The notes under the pieces were generated by a model. That model had not been told where the DNA came from. It was given only the letters and a program-made list of their open reading frames with translations, and made no database searches. From NCBI GenBank assembly GCA_951406725.2, contig OX597819.1, positions 20,956,001 to 21,020,000 on the forward strand: a DNA stretch of 64,000 nucleotides, in the 5' to 3' direction. Position numbers and translations under genes: made by a program. Below, piece after piece: positions 38,636-52,280 of this stretch (position 1 is its first letter; every line of letters begins with the position of its first letter). The DNA comes from Octopus vulgaris. Taxonomy: Eukaryota.

Positions 38636-39574
38636 ATACTACATGTCTAGATATGCAAGTATAACGTGAGAAAACTTACATAAGACAGAACATACAAATT
38701 TGAAAGTAAAAGTATACATACAAAAATGCGCTGTTGCTGATGCTGAAATTCCAATGAAGAAGGCTTGGATCTTGTTTAGAAACTCGCTCTTTCTCTATTG
38801 GTAAGAAGTCTTAAAATAAAACTGAATAATAACCCAGAGAAAGATAGACAGACAGATAGAGAGAAGGAGATCTTGATAAACAGTTATATATATATATATC
38901 ACTCTGTGCGGTTCCTATCATTTCATGAGGTATTTGAGACAGAGCGCTGGATTTGATGTGATAACGTTTAGTGGTTTCACGTTCCTGTCATAGTTAAACA
39001 TTACATGTCGACTATAATTGAAGTCGATGTGCTGACAACGTACGGTTTGAAGCGACGGAGGCTATTAAGATTGCAGTTATTCTCATGCGTATAAACGTTC
39101 TACCCCTTACTCAACGATGAGAGATATATTGTTTCTTTAGCAGCTTTTGAATTAAAACATTAATTTTCTTCTTTCATCGCACACCCCTGGAATCCGATGA
39201 GAAGAACACCAGCAGGACGAGAATTACATTAAGAGGGAAGAACGTGCGGAATCTATTTCCCATAAAAACACGATAAACATATGTAGTGTCAAGTGGTGTG
39301 CGGATCAGACATTCACATATCCTTTCACCTGGCTGCAGAAGAGAAGCAACCGAAGGAAGGGACCCCTACATACCTATGTGTGTAAGTATGTGGGCTCGTG
39401 CACGCATATATACATATATATAGAGAGAGAGAAAGAGAGAGAGAGTTAAAATTCGGAATTGAATAGTCATATAATTACACGTTCGCACGCACGCACTGAG
39501 TTACTTGAACATTCACACACATATACACATACAAATACGTCATCACTCCACACGTTCATCTCTCTCTTTACATA

Positions 39575-39632
39575 TACATGTATATGTATATATATATGTA
39601 TATATATATGTATATATATATATATGTATATA

Positions 39633-39692
<60 letters not shown>

Positions 39693-39870
39693 TATATATA
39701 TATATATATATGTACATATATATATATGTGTGTGTGTATATATGTGTATGTGTATATGTGTATGTGTATATATATATGTTATGTGTATATATATATATGT
39801 GTGTGTGTATATATATATGTATGTGTATATATATATGTGTGTGTATATATATATGTGTATATTTACACAT
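39575..39870. repeat. (TA)n/(TG)n microsatellite
   Basis: Direct inspection. Confidence 0.95.
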
Positions 39871-40269
39871 ACACATAAGTATTGTGTTTGTGAGCGCAAG
39901 TGCGCCTATAGATACATAGAGAATTACAGGCAAGCACCGAGGCACGTGCAACGTAGATGTAGGTTATGCCTCGAGGGAAATATACCAGATGCATGCAACG
40001 AAGGAAAGAGTGGTAGGTTTGGCCCCGTTGTCTTCGCTTTTCGTAGTCACTTAAGCATTCATTCTGTCTCCAACATCCTCTGAAGATTTTTACCATAGCT
40101 CTATTGATTAGGCATCACCAATCCTCACAATCTATTGACCAAATTCCGCTGAGGATTCTCCAGAAATAGTAGATTGAATAATGTCTCTCTGGTTTTTGCC
40201 GATCGCTCGTTTATCATTTGCTGATCTATTGAACTGAAGGGAAACTATTTTGAACTGTATCAACAAGTC

Positions 40270-41105
40270 GATGACCATAATGATGAATATCGCCATTATA
40301 AGGATGCTGATGACGATGCTAATGATGATGCTGATGACGATTGGGACGAAGATGGTGAAGCTGGTGATGCTGATGCGGATTTTGAAGATGATGATGATGA
40401 TCACGATCAGGCTGATGTTGGTGGTGATGATGACGGTGATGGTGATGACGACGATGACGACGGCGAAGATCATAATGTGAAGGGGGAGTAGGGGTGGAGG
40501 CTGATTATGTTGACGATAAGCATTGATGATGAGGATCATTCTGAGGACAACGATGACGTCAACCGAAACGATCTTCATGACGACGACGGGTGTAAAGATG
40601 GCGGCATTAACGATCTTCGTAACGAAGATGTCGAGTGTTGTAGAATCGGTGGAGCAACAGATAAGATGCCTGGTTGCATGTGTTGCAACATTTTATTTTC
40701 TGAGATCAAAATCGCTATGGTCAACCTGCAGATTAATCACTGCGTGGTTGGTTAATTAAAATACCAGTCATATTATTGGGGAATCAATATAATAGATTAA
40801 ACCCGTTCGCCAAAAAAAAATAGAGAAGGAAAAAATTCTGTGCGCGTACCTAAATTGCAAACCAATAATGATAGGGGTTATGAATGCAACGATGTTGATG
40901 ATGGTGATGGCGATGACGACGATATTGATAGAATGATGATGATGATAGTAAGGAGAATGGAGGAGGAGAAGGATGTGGAGGTGGAAGAGTAGGATGATGA
41001 CAACCATGAAAAAACTGATGACGACGATGACGACAATGTTCAACGTGATAACGATGATGATGGTGATGACGATGATAACGATGATGATGGTGATGATATT
41101 GATTA
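40270..41105. repeat. Degenerate (GAT/GAC)n trinucleotide tracts with an old SINE B remnant at ~40640-40770
   Basis: Imperfect gat/gac runs with stops in several frames. Confidence 0.75.
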
Positions 41106-41434
41106 TTTCATGTTCACTGCAATAATTCTTAGCAATGGCACAGCGGGCAAACAACGACTCATCGTCCTAATTAGCGAGTGAGTAACCAAAAGTCCATAGA
41201 CTCGTGTAGCTGTCATCAAATGTGGGGCTGAACGTGCCACACAGGCGCACACACGAATACACAAGTATACACGCACACACATAGTCACATACACTCATAC
41301 ACAGATGTGTGTATATAACCATGTAAAAGTGCATCCCAATCCCATGGTCCCAAGTACAGTCCCACTGCTTTGCAGCTTAGGTGTCTTCTTGGTGTAAGAC
41401 AATAATAATATTAAAGGAAATAATAATAATAAAA

Positions 41435-41929
41435 ATTGTTACGACCACAAACCTGAAGACATCGTCGAAACTAGAAATGCAAAGATCCTATGGGATTTTA
41501 TGATTCAGTGTGACCATGTGATTGAGAATAGGAAGCCGGACATAGTCTTAATTGAGAAAGGAAGTGATATAAGCTGGATCATAGATATAGCATGTTCAGC
41601 TGACAACAAGCTATGCGATAAGGAAGAAAGAAAAGTTGACATATATGACAGGTTAGATTGGGAGGTTAAGCAGTTGTGGTCGATGAGAAAGGTAGCAGTA
41701 GTACCAATAATTGTCGGTGCCCTGGGAACAGTGAGCAAAAATCTTGAGAAGTTCGTGTGAACAAATAGGGGCTGCAATAAGGGTAGAGCATTTGCAGAAA
41801 ACAGCACTGCTTGGAACCGCTCGAATACTCCGGAAGGTGCTCGAAAAATAAGAGGTGTTTCCTTAGTTCATTGGTAGTGAACAGCTGACACTGTAGTACA
41901 TCTCCAGCGTTAGAAGCTGCGCAAAGACA
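41435..41929 (+). mobile_element. 5'-truncated R4/Dong-clade LINE (restriction-like endonuclease) in (TAA)n
   Basis: YDHKPE..AKILWDF.IQCD..RKPDIV..IIDIAC..K..Y..L..EV..LW..VPIIVGALG..LQKTALLGTARILRKVL; TAA repeats on both sides. Confidence 0.92.
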
Positions 41930-41940
41930 ATGATAATAAT

Positions 41941-42312
41941 ACTCTTTTACTTGTTTCAGTCATTTGACTGTGGCCATGCTGGAGCACCGCCTTTAGTCGA
42001 GCAAATCGTCCCCAGGACTTATTCTTTGTAAGCCTAGTACTTATTCTAACGGTCTCTTTTGCTGAACGGCTCAGTTACGCGGACGAAAATACACCAGCAT
42101 CTGTTGTCAAGCGATGTTGGAGGAACATACGTAGACACACAAACACACACGGGCTTCTTTTAGTTTCCGTCTACCAAATCCACTCACAAGGCTTTGGTCA
42201 TCCTGAGGCTATAGTAGAAGACACTTGCCCAAGTTGCCACGAAGTTGGACTGAACCCGGAACCATGTGGTTCATAAGCAAGCTACTTACCACACAGCCAC
42301 TTCTACGCCTAT
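41941..42312 (-). mobile_element. Full-length SINE family A with 11-bp TSD
   Basis: TSD atgataataat at 41930-41940 and 42313-42323. Confidence 0.92.
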
Positions 42313-42479
42313 ATGATAATAATAATAATAATAATAATAATGAAGAAGAAGATGAAAAGAAGCGCAGGCCTCCATTTGTTCGGCTAAACCTAGTAAGGGG
42401 GTGGTTTCAGCATGTCTACAGTTAAAGACTGGAACAAACTATATGTGTCTGTATATAAGTATGTACATGTATATATATT

Positions 42480-42690
42480 TGTGTGTGTTCGTGTTTGTTC
42501 CCCTCGGCATCGCTTCACAATCGATGCTGGTTTGTTTCTGTATCCTTAACTTAGCGATTCTGCCTAAGATAGAAGATGTACTAGGCTTAGTAAGGATATG
42601 TTCTGGGGTCGATTTCTTTGACTAACACCCTTTGAGGAGGTGCTCCTGCATGGCCGCAATCAAATGAGCAAATCAAGTAAAATAGGAAAA
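42480..42690 (+). mobile_element. SINE family A 3' half, diverged
   Basis: catcgcttcacaatcgatgctgg...ggggtcgatttctttgactaa...gtgctcctgcatggccgca. Confidence 0.8.
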
Positions 42691-42696
42691 TGATTA

Positions 42697-42763
<67 letters not shown>

Positions 42764-42875
42764 ATTCTTATCTACAATAGCGACGACGTGAATACCTTTC
42801 GTCTTCTTTCTCTGTTAAAGTATTACAGAAAAATTATATTGTGTCCAACTGGTTAAAATTCTATTTATCTATTTG

Positions 42876-42961
42876 TGCAGCTGATGATGGGAGTGCATTT
42901 AAATTGATGCAATGATTGCATCGTTCAATTAAAAGGATTCGCTTGAAACGGTCGTATTGTA
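42876..42961 (+). ncRNA. Minimal type-I hammerhead ribozyme with extended stem II
   Basis: Stem I TGCAG/TTGTA (two G:U), CTGATGA, long stem II including GATGCAAT/ATTGCATC, GAAAC-GGTC-GTA. Confidence 0.7.
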
Positions 42962-43099
42962 TCACTACTTGATATCCTGTTGCTTATTTTTATTTTACAC
43001 ACACACACATATATATATATATGTATATACATATAATTTTCCCTCACGGGCTATTCTTTACTGGAAAGCAATACTCTCGTATTGCATTACTATTTTTAT

Positions 43100-43140
<41 letters not shown>

Positions 43141-43142
<2 letters not shown>

Positions 43143-43323
43143 GGCTAGATTCATTTCGAAATCTCCGGCCATGCTGGAGCCCCTCTGATACATATCATTT
43201 GATGAATGCGTGAGTTTGAGGTTGCTGCCCTTATCTGCATTTCTTGGGGTTTTGTGGGAGAATATTGAAGAGAAATGGCCACTCAAAGCACAAGCTGTTG
43301 GGATATATGGTTCTGCATACGGA
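43141..43323 (-). mobile_element. CR1/L2-like LINE 3' fragment in (TA)n
   Basis: PKV..RTIYPNSLCFEWPFLFNILP..QIRAATSNS; tail gctccagcatggcc. Confidence 0.75.
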
Positions 43324-43342
43324 ATGCGTTGCTAGGACTTTT

Positions 43343-43379
<37 letters not shown>

Positions 43380-43435
43380 CGTTTTTAGATTTAGTTTGCA
43401 AGATTGTTTATATGAGTTCGTGCTGAAGCTTATTC

Positions 43436-43622
43436 TGTTGTGTCTGGGGAGAGTCATTTTATTTTTCTGCCTTTTAATATAACAGAGTCAAAACTATTGA
43501 AAATGCTGCAAAACCCAACGAAAATTTTAGGAAAATAAAAATAAGAAAAAAGTGGAAATTTTACCGGTGAGTGTATTAAATTATAAAGCACAAAAAGAAA
43601 ATGACTCTCCCCAGACACAACA
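43436..43622. repeat. Inverted repeat (~50-bp arms) in an insert between microsatellites
   Basis: tgttgtgtctggggagagtcatttt / aaaatgactctccccagacacaaca. Confidence 0.85.
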
Positions 43623-43642
43623 CTCTATATATATATATGTGT

Positions 43643-43683
<41 letters not shown>

Positions 43684-44177
43684 TGTGTTGTGTGTGTGTG
43701 TACTATTGCGTTTGTGCATATGTCTGCGTGTGTGTGTGTGTGTATACGTGCGCGCACTTGGGTGAGTGGATAAATTTGCAGTGTACATGCTTGCTCATGT
43801 CTCGAAAAACATAGATGCGATGCAATGTGAGTGAGTGTGTGTGAGAGAGAGAGAGAAACAGACAGACAGACATACAGACAGGTAGAGAGAGAGACAGAGA
43901 GATATATCTAGAGAGAAAGAGCGGGGGAGACAGAGAAGCGAGGGGAAGTAAATATACACTACTGCTTAGTTTAGTGAAAATAATTTATAGGAAGATGAAC
44001 ATCGAGAAATTGTCGCTGCTTGATTCTTGATGCAGATGTTTAGGTGAATATGATAAATGGGACAAATATTTATTTAAAATGGACACACAAGATTTTTCTA
44101 ATAAAATACCATGTAATGCAAATATCTATTTTGAAATTCATAAATATTGCTTCACAGTAGAATTGATGTGTATATGT

Positions 44178-44225
<48 letters not shown>

Positions 44226-44302
44226 CATATGTGTGCGTGTGTGTATGTGTGTATTTAAATACGTACCAATGTTTGTTGTTATACATATGCACACACACAA
44301 AT

Positions 44303-44354
<52 letters not shown>

Positions 44355-44505
44355 ATACATTCACATTTATATACATATATAAACATGTATATAAAGGCCT
44401 TATTCATATAATATATATATATATTATTCATATAATTATTTATATATATATATTATTCACATGATTATATATATATATATGTCAAAAATGCATTTAAGGA
44501 ATTTG

Positions 44506-44576
<71 letters not shown>

Positions 44577-44968
44577 ATAAATATTAGGGAATAAATCCAA
44601 ATTTACAGGGAAAAAATCAGATTTAGGATTAAATCCAATTTTATAGTAAAATATTATAAAATATTATTAGAGACAAAACCACTATTTTGCAAAACAAACA
44701 AGGAAAGACTTAATCAATACATAAAATTTTAATAAATAGTCAAAAAAACCGCCACTACAATTGTTTCTTGTCTTGATCGACAAAATGCATTTTTGACATT
44801 TTTGTCAATTAATTTCAGATTTGTTTAATCTGAAGAATCTCTAAATCTTTGAATTAATGAATAATAAGAAAATCCTTTAACATGGTTTCCTTATAAATAT
44901 TTCCCACTTTCATAATCCTTCTGCATGATCCATTAAAGCTACTGTTATGATTACTTCTTATCATCATA

Positions 44969-45235
44969 AATTAAAAAAATAAATGCTCCCTTTTTTTAAA
45001 GCCTAACCAGGCTCATGAGCCCGGTTTCCCGGTTTCTATGGCGTAAGAGTTCCCCAGCTGGACGGGACGCCAGTCCATCGCAGCGTTACCCATTTTTGCC
45101 AGCTGAGTGGACTGGAGCAACGTGAAATGAAGTGTTTTGCCAAAGAACACAACGCGTCACCCGGTCCAGGAATCGAAACCACAATCTCACGATCGTGATG
45201 CTGACACCCTAACCACTAAGCCACGCGCCTACACA
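44969..45235 (-). mobile_element. tRNA-derived SINE family D with 14-bp TSD
   Basis: Minus strand aggcgcgtggcttagtggttagg..ggtttcgattcc; gcgatggactggcgtcccgtccag domain; TSD ttcttatcatcata at 44955-44968 and 45236-45249. Confidence 0.9.
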
Positions 45236-48200
45236 TTCTTATCATCATACTCTTCGATAATATTCTTATTGTGGATAACTATAATATTGAGTTTTAAAAA
45301 AAATTATGAATCTGAGAATATTTGCTTAGGGTGCAGTAATGGTAAAATGAATTTCTCTGTGTACGATGACACAGCTATGTACCGTGGAAAGGGGACAAAT
45401 ATAAGCTGAGCCCTGTTTATTTGACAGGGTAGTACAGTCGATCAACTCAACACGAATTCTCGGCCAAAATGCGTTGAAATTCTTGACACAAATATTTGGG
45501 CTATGTTCAGATCTAGTTCTCTTAATACAAACGGAAATAATTATTGTTTCAATAACATTAACAACTAGAAATAAACCAATTGAATGAGATTATTTATATA
45601 TATTAATGATCTTTTTTATGTCGAGTTATAATATAAGAACTGTCACGTTAATATGAGGGATCACTCCATCCGTTGTGTAAGTATTTGTGTGTGTTTTGTG
45701 TGTGTTTACGCGTATGCTTGGACGGGTGTTTATATGTAATGATTGTAACTGATGCAAGGATGAGCTTCCTACAGTTCTCCCCCAAAATATCAACTCCTAT
45801 ATGAAATTCGGGACAAATATATCCATGCTAACAGAAAGTATTAAAAACCACACGGCTATAGGGAACGCTAAAATTTAAGATTAAAACCATCAGAAGAAAT
45901 TAGTTCGAGACCTGCTGCCACAAACTTACAAGATATCTGATTTAGTGAGATCTTACTAAATTTCAAAATTATATCGATGTAAAAGCCATACATTGAGGCA
46001 GCGGCTAGTCTAAAGTCTCATTTCATATCTACTTCTGATAGTTTGATCAGCATTAACTGTATACATCCTCATTTTGATTGTGAATCATTAGAGACTATTC
46101 CCATTTCTTGCTATTTACTCAATCTTTCGATTTTCAACTCGATATATTTGTAGTCTGAAGCAGACCACTAATATTTTTTTCATTCAACCAGAATGCTAAC
46201 GCCCCCTGCCGCTTTTCAGTATCACTCACTATTTTGATTAATTTATTCGTTGACAAAAGAAGGAACTATTAGTATTGAAAAAATAATAACAAATAAAGCT
46301 TATGTTGAGATCCATGTAAAACCCACTCTATTTCAAATATATCAGTCATTTTTTCCCCTCTGCATTACTCATTCCCTGCTCGATAAAATCATCCAGGCAA
46401 CATGCTTATTTGCCTCGATAAACTCGACCGTTATAGCAAAATCATTTTGGTTATCGATTTCTTAAACTCCGCATATACAATAATATGGGGGCGGATGTTA
46501 TTGAGATTTTTTATTTTGTCCAATGTTCAAGCAAGATGTGACTCAAAATTGTTCGCTGTTTGGTGCACCACGTGACACTTGGATTTCTATTTTTACTTTA
46601 TATTTATATGATAAGTATAAATAACAGACGCTCCAGACGACAACCTCCTTTAGAATATCAGCTGACGGCGCTTCACACTATGTTACCCTAAGTCCTTGGT
46701 CAAATAACTCATAGATACTTCTTTCAAATAGCTTCCTGCTGAGCATACCATTTTGAGTTTTTAACTAACAAAGGCATACTCAGCTGGAAATCCTCTGAGC
46801 TATTGAAAAGTGATAAATACAGTCAACACCAGAGCAGTTCCTAACGTCAGACATTTGCGAATCTGATGATAAAGCACTCTCAGAAAAAAGAAACACTGAC
46901 ATATAAACAGCCAAGTCTTCTGTTTACTTGCTTATATGAAAATAATATTCTTTTGAAATTTTCTTTCATTTTTTTCTCCTGTCTTACATGCCATTTTGAA
47001 GCATTACAGTGTATAATGAATTATGTCATATGTTCATTCCGAACTGAACTTTATAAACATTTAAATCGCTAAACTCTGACAAATTCAGTTATATTACAGT
47101 TTGAAAACATTTACTCTTATTTGAATGCATTACATTTTTTGACTGCTTTGCACGACTTCAATATTTACATTAATACAAATCTCCTGCTGTACTATATTTT
47201 TATCACGGAGAGCGATGTCTAGAAACGTTATCATTCTGCAGGAAATTGCTTCGAATTCTAAGGAAACATCAGATTTTTGTTATTTATCGGAAACAGTACA
47301 GAGTCAACGAGTTACTTCTGATTAACTACGTTCAAATTCCGTTCAATGTCTGAGTCATTATCACAGTAAAAATGCAATATGTCGTTTGTGGGTGACCCTT
47401 GTATAAAAACAACCAAGCAAAACCCACGTAACTGAAAGAAAACAGCAAAACTATGAAGCAAACAACGACCATAATCGCTCAAATACACACACATATACAT
47501 ACATACATATTCATACCTACATATACATACATATATAGACATATAATTTATATATGTGTGTATGCGAGATGATGCCTTCTAGTATCTTGAAATTTAATAT
47601 ACAATTATATATATATATATACATATATATATGTGTGTATATATTGATCCGATAAAAGTTAGAATCGATCATAGTCTCCGTCTGCCAGACAGTTTGATTA
47701 CTGTAGTTCGTTAGTACAAGGATATCAAATTATTTATCGCAGTTCTAGATGCGTTTTCATTGATGTTAAACTTACCGTTTATAGATCCAAAGTTAATGGT
47801 TCTATTGGCATAATTATTTAAGTGGAAGGAATATTTGTCGTCTCACGTTTTCATTATCTCTGGCAAGTACACTAACGTCCCACTTCCAACCTATTTACAT
47901 GATAATAGTCTAATCTTAGACGTGAATGGGGAACATTAATCGTTGAGGATGTGCTGGAAACATTTGCAAAAACAACTCGAATTTCCAGCGTTCGTGGAAA
48001 TTCTTTTGAATGAGAAATCGGTGAAAAAGGATAAATACTTGTAATTGTAAGAATGTTTGTTGAGGAAAAAGATTTTTTCCTGCAAAGGACCAAATTTTTT
48101 TCCATTCTTGAAAAGGACATATATAGGCATGTCTAATGTTTATATATGAATTTATCCCTCATATAAGATTTCTCTCGGAAATATTCTCTAACCTCCTTGA

Positions 48201-49315
48201 AATTAGGTGACTGTCGTGCAGATTATCCTATCTTCGGATTTTTAAATATTTCGGAATCCATTATTACTCAGGTACTGCATCAAAGTATGGAAGCGTACTC
48301 TTTACCATAGATTTACCAAGCACAGTTTACAATATATATTTCTGTTTGTGTAGGCATATCTACATATATATCCACTCATATATAACTGTTAATAGACATT
48401 TGTGTGTAAACACACACAAACACATTCTGTCTCTCCATCACCCCCCACCACCACATATACATATCTTTGTGTGTATGTTTATATCAACGTGTGTGTGTTT
48501 GTGTGTGTGTCTGCCTGTTCGTTTCTGCGTTAATTATTACTTGTTATGACAAATGTTATGGAGAAGCTCATTGAAGCAACTGAAGGGAGTTTCCACGATA
48601 AATAAATATACAAATCATATTCCATTACGTATTTTTTTCCTCTCATTCGTAAATTAAAAACCCTAAAAAATATCTCAACATAGGTGTGTTCACGTGTGTG
48701 TACATTTATGTATTCACCTGTATGTGTGTGTGTATGTGTATGTGTGAGTGTGTATATGAGTATGTGTGTGTGTTTGTTAGTGTGTTGTGCGTGTCTCTAG
48801 ATCAGTATTTAGCGAGACATACATAACTGGAGACCAGAAATAAAGACTGCGTTTCCATAAATTATGGAAATCGGGCAAAAAGACTCATGAAATCTAAGTA
48901 TTTAGTTTTAAAAAAAAATAGCAACCATCTATAAAATCTTAATTTAATATTTTTTCATAGTTAGAAACCATTTTAGGACATTATATTTCACTGTTATTTT
49001 AAACTATAAAGCTGAATGCATGTATACATGTGAATATGTAGATATACGTATGCATACGAATATATTTCCATATATGTAATTTATTTTCGTATTTAATATT
49101 AAATATCTATATAAATTCTAAGAATTATGAAGTGGTAATAAATATAAAGAATATTTTTCTAGGCACACATTTAAAATTGTTCTTTACATGCGTATAGCAA
49201 TTTATGCTTTTCTTCCACATGCGCATGAAACCATTTCCATTCATACACGCTCATACCAATACTCTCATAAAAATATACACGTCTCTATTCATGGGTGTGT
49301 ATATACCATTCTATA

Positions 49316-49357
<42 letters not shown>

Positions 49358-49525
49358 CTGTGTGAGTGTGTGTACATATGTATGTGTATATACACTCGTA
49401 AATGCATACAGACATACACGAATATGTATATGTGTATATATATATGTGTATATATATATATGTATACATATGTATGTGCATGTGTATATACACTCGTAAA
49501 AGCACACAGACATACACGAATATGC

Positions 49526-49564
<39 letters not shown>

Positions 49565-49606
49565 TGATATGGATTTTGTAATCTAATATAGACAAACATG
49601 AATATA

Positions 49607-49648
<42 letters not shown>

Positions 49649-52280
49649 ATATTTCCATACCTGTATATGTGCAAACTGCATATACATAATGTTTTATGCA
49701 TGAGTATGCGTGGATATATTTAACATTATTACATGTTTGGATTTATGTGTCTGTGTGTGTGCGTGCTTGTATGTGTGTGTGTATAGGTGTTTCTTTGTTC
49801 ATAGGCTTGTACATGAAACTATCTAAATGATTCATTTTCATTTTTAAGAGATTAAAATTTTCAAAACTGAAAACAAAGTACTTCTTCAGAGTATATAGCC
49901 AAAAATTTTCATAAATATTTGCAAATAAATATTCCACAGCATTCCACAGCAGCATGTTTAGCAAAGAAGCGGAATTGCTTTCTAAGGTAGGATACATTTA
50001 CCATTTCTAGTATATTATGGCGTTATCGCTTGTCTTTTTGTTCAATCCAACATCTTTCTAGTTCTGTGTGTATCATATATCTACCTATTTTTTTTATATA
50101 TATCATCGATATGAATACAATCACGTGTTATAACAGACTCACATTTCATCGAAAATGGACTGCATTGCCATTTTCTATTGCGAAATTTGAGTTTTATTAG
50201 AAAACATAGAAACGAAAAATATCAATGAAGGGGAACTACGAACATTTACACACGCATCTGTACATACATAGATGTACATATATATATATGCATATATACA
50301 TATATGTGTGTGTGTGTGTGTGTGTATGTATATATATATATTCTTTCAATTTTTTCAGTCATTCCACTGCGGTCATGTGTATATACATACATACACACAC
50401 GCACACACACATAAGACGGAAGGCTTAAAACTTCCAGAGAAACAGTTACAAATCTGTTTCTTATGAATCATTTAAAGAAAGACTTTCGGCAGTTGACTTT
50501 TGGTAAAGCAACCATACGGAGACCAAATCTGCTTATTAGTGTGTAAGACTCTTTACTCGCCTGTGTTTCATGTTGAACATATCCGTGTGTGAAAGTTTGC
50601 ATGAATATATTTGAATAATATGAAAACGCACCTAGAATTGCGATAAATAATTTGATATCCTTATAAATAAGGGCAAAAGAAAAAAGATTTCTATGTCAAT
50701 ATGCCGAGAAATAGACTTTAAATCGTCAATCACCTCATACAATATATTTCATAATGAATACATGTTCCACTGAAATCGAGGAAAGCAAGGTAACAGACTT
50801 TTTTCTTCTAATGCGTTATTTTTATATTGAATCAGCTTCGGGATTAGTCCAAGGGATTTCCCCCTCATCAGTAGAGAATACGATAGGAAATAAAAGAAAT
50901 ACTTACAAGCACCCTTGGGAAAGGCAAACGTGTAATCATAGTCATGTATATTGTATGTGGTGAAAGATGATTGAAAGTCTATTTCCCAGCATATTGGCAT
51001 AGTGACCTTTTCTTTTGCCCTTATTTATAATTTTCACTTTTAAAGGTATTTTAATATGCTGGCCACTTGATGAGATTTTTGAAAAATATTTCATCCTATA
51101 TATATATATACATACATACATACATACATACATACAGATACATACACGGTGCGATGAGTAAATTGTCATTATTTTATGGAGCCTGTAAGAACTGAACTGG
51201 ATTAGTTCGTCGCTTCGTATCCATCATTTCGTATCAAATAATTATCTGTACTCATCAATCCGTTTCACTATCATTAAATCAAATGACATATTTGCCATGG
51301 AGAAACAATCAAGTTTAGAACCACACATCAATATACACGAGTGTATGTGTGTGTGTGTACATGTTTGTGTGCGCGCATTTTATGCATTTATATCATTATA
51401 CACTTATATATGCACATATATATATGTAAGTATGTATGTGTATTAATACACAAGAGATTAAAAGATTAATACAAACTCCTATCCACTAGAAATAAATAAT
51501 AACTATTTATAAATAATGATACGGTGAGTGAATATGGCAGTTAATTATATCGGTTTCTTGAGTAATACGAATTATAGCTTTATAAGTTTTCCTCCGAGTA
51601 TGGTGATAATTGTATTATCGATATTTCATTTATAATGAGAAGTGAGACAAGATATATATTACGAAGATCTCCCTCTCTCTATCTCTCTCTTTCTCTCTCT
51701 CTCTCTGACTCAAGTTATTCAACTTCGTCGATGGATATCCAGAAGTTGTTCCTTATCACCCCGCGACACCCCATTGAAGTAATTCTCTTCTTTTCTAAAT
51801 TAAGACCCTTGGGTTTCGTTCCAAAGATTGTAGTGTTTGAATCTATTACGGGTATAATTGGCAGAATCTTTAGGAGGTCAGACAAAATGTCCTGCATTAT
51901 TTAGTTATGACCCAGTATGTTTCCACTTGAAATTTCGAAGGTAGCGACTTTGGGACTTGTTCCTTCTTTGATTGCTCTAATCCAATACGGGGATCGAGCT
52001 AATCAGCTGAGTTAATCACTTCAATGATCCAATGTTACAAATCGATACTTATACACGTTTATGTCAATTTCTGCAGGAAAGAATTTGAAACATATTAAAA
52101 CAATCATGATCAATTTCCTAGGAATAGGAGTCATTTCTGTCCTGTTTCATAGCTTATGTGTTAGAAAGACGAACAGACACATTGCTAACTGTGTTCCAGA
52201 AAATTAATATACAGTTTACCCGAATATTACTCACGTTCAGTCGATCGGAAAATGATCAGGAGCAAATAAATTGAAACTCT

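Noticed and set aside
40132-41154. Possible Asp-rich or hydrophobic protein exon
   Set aside because: Degenerate GAT repeats with stops and an embedded old SINE; no convincing splice context
41453-41476. CTGAAGA..GAAA motif
   Set aside because: Lies in the Dong coding frame, with no UH cleavage site or stem I; chance match
51700-51900. Short ORF resembling a LINE C-terminus or host exon
   Set aside because: No diagnostic motif or splice evidence
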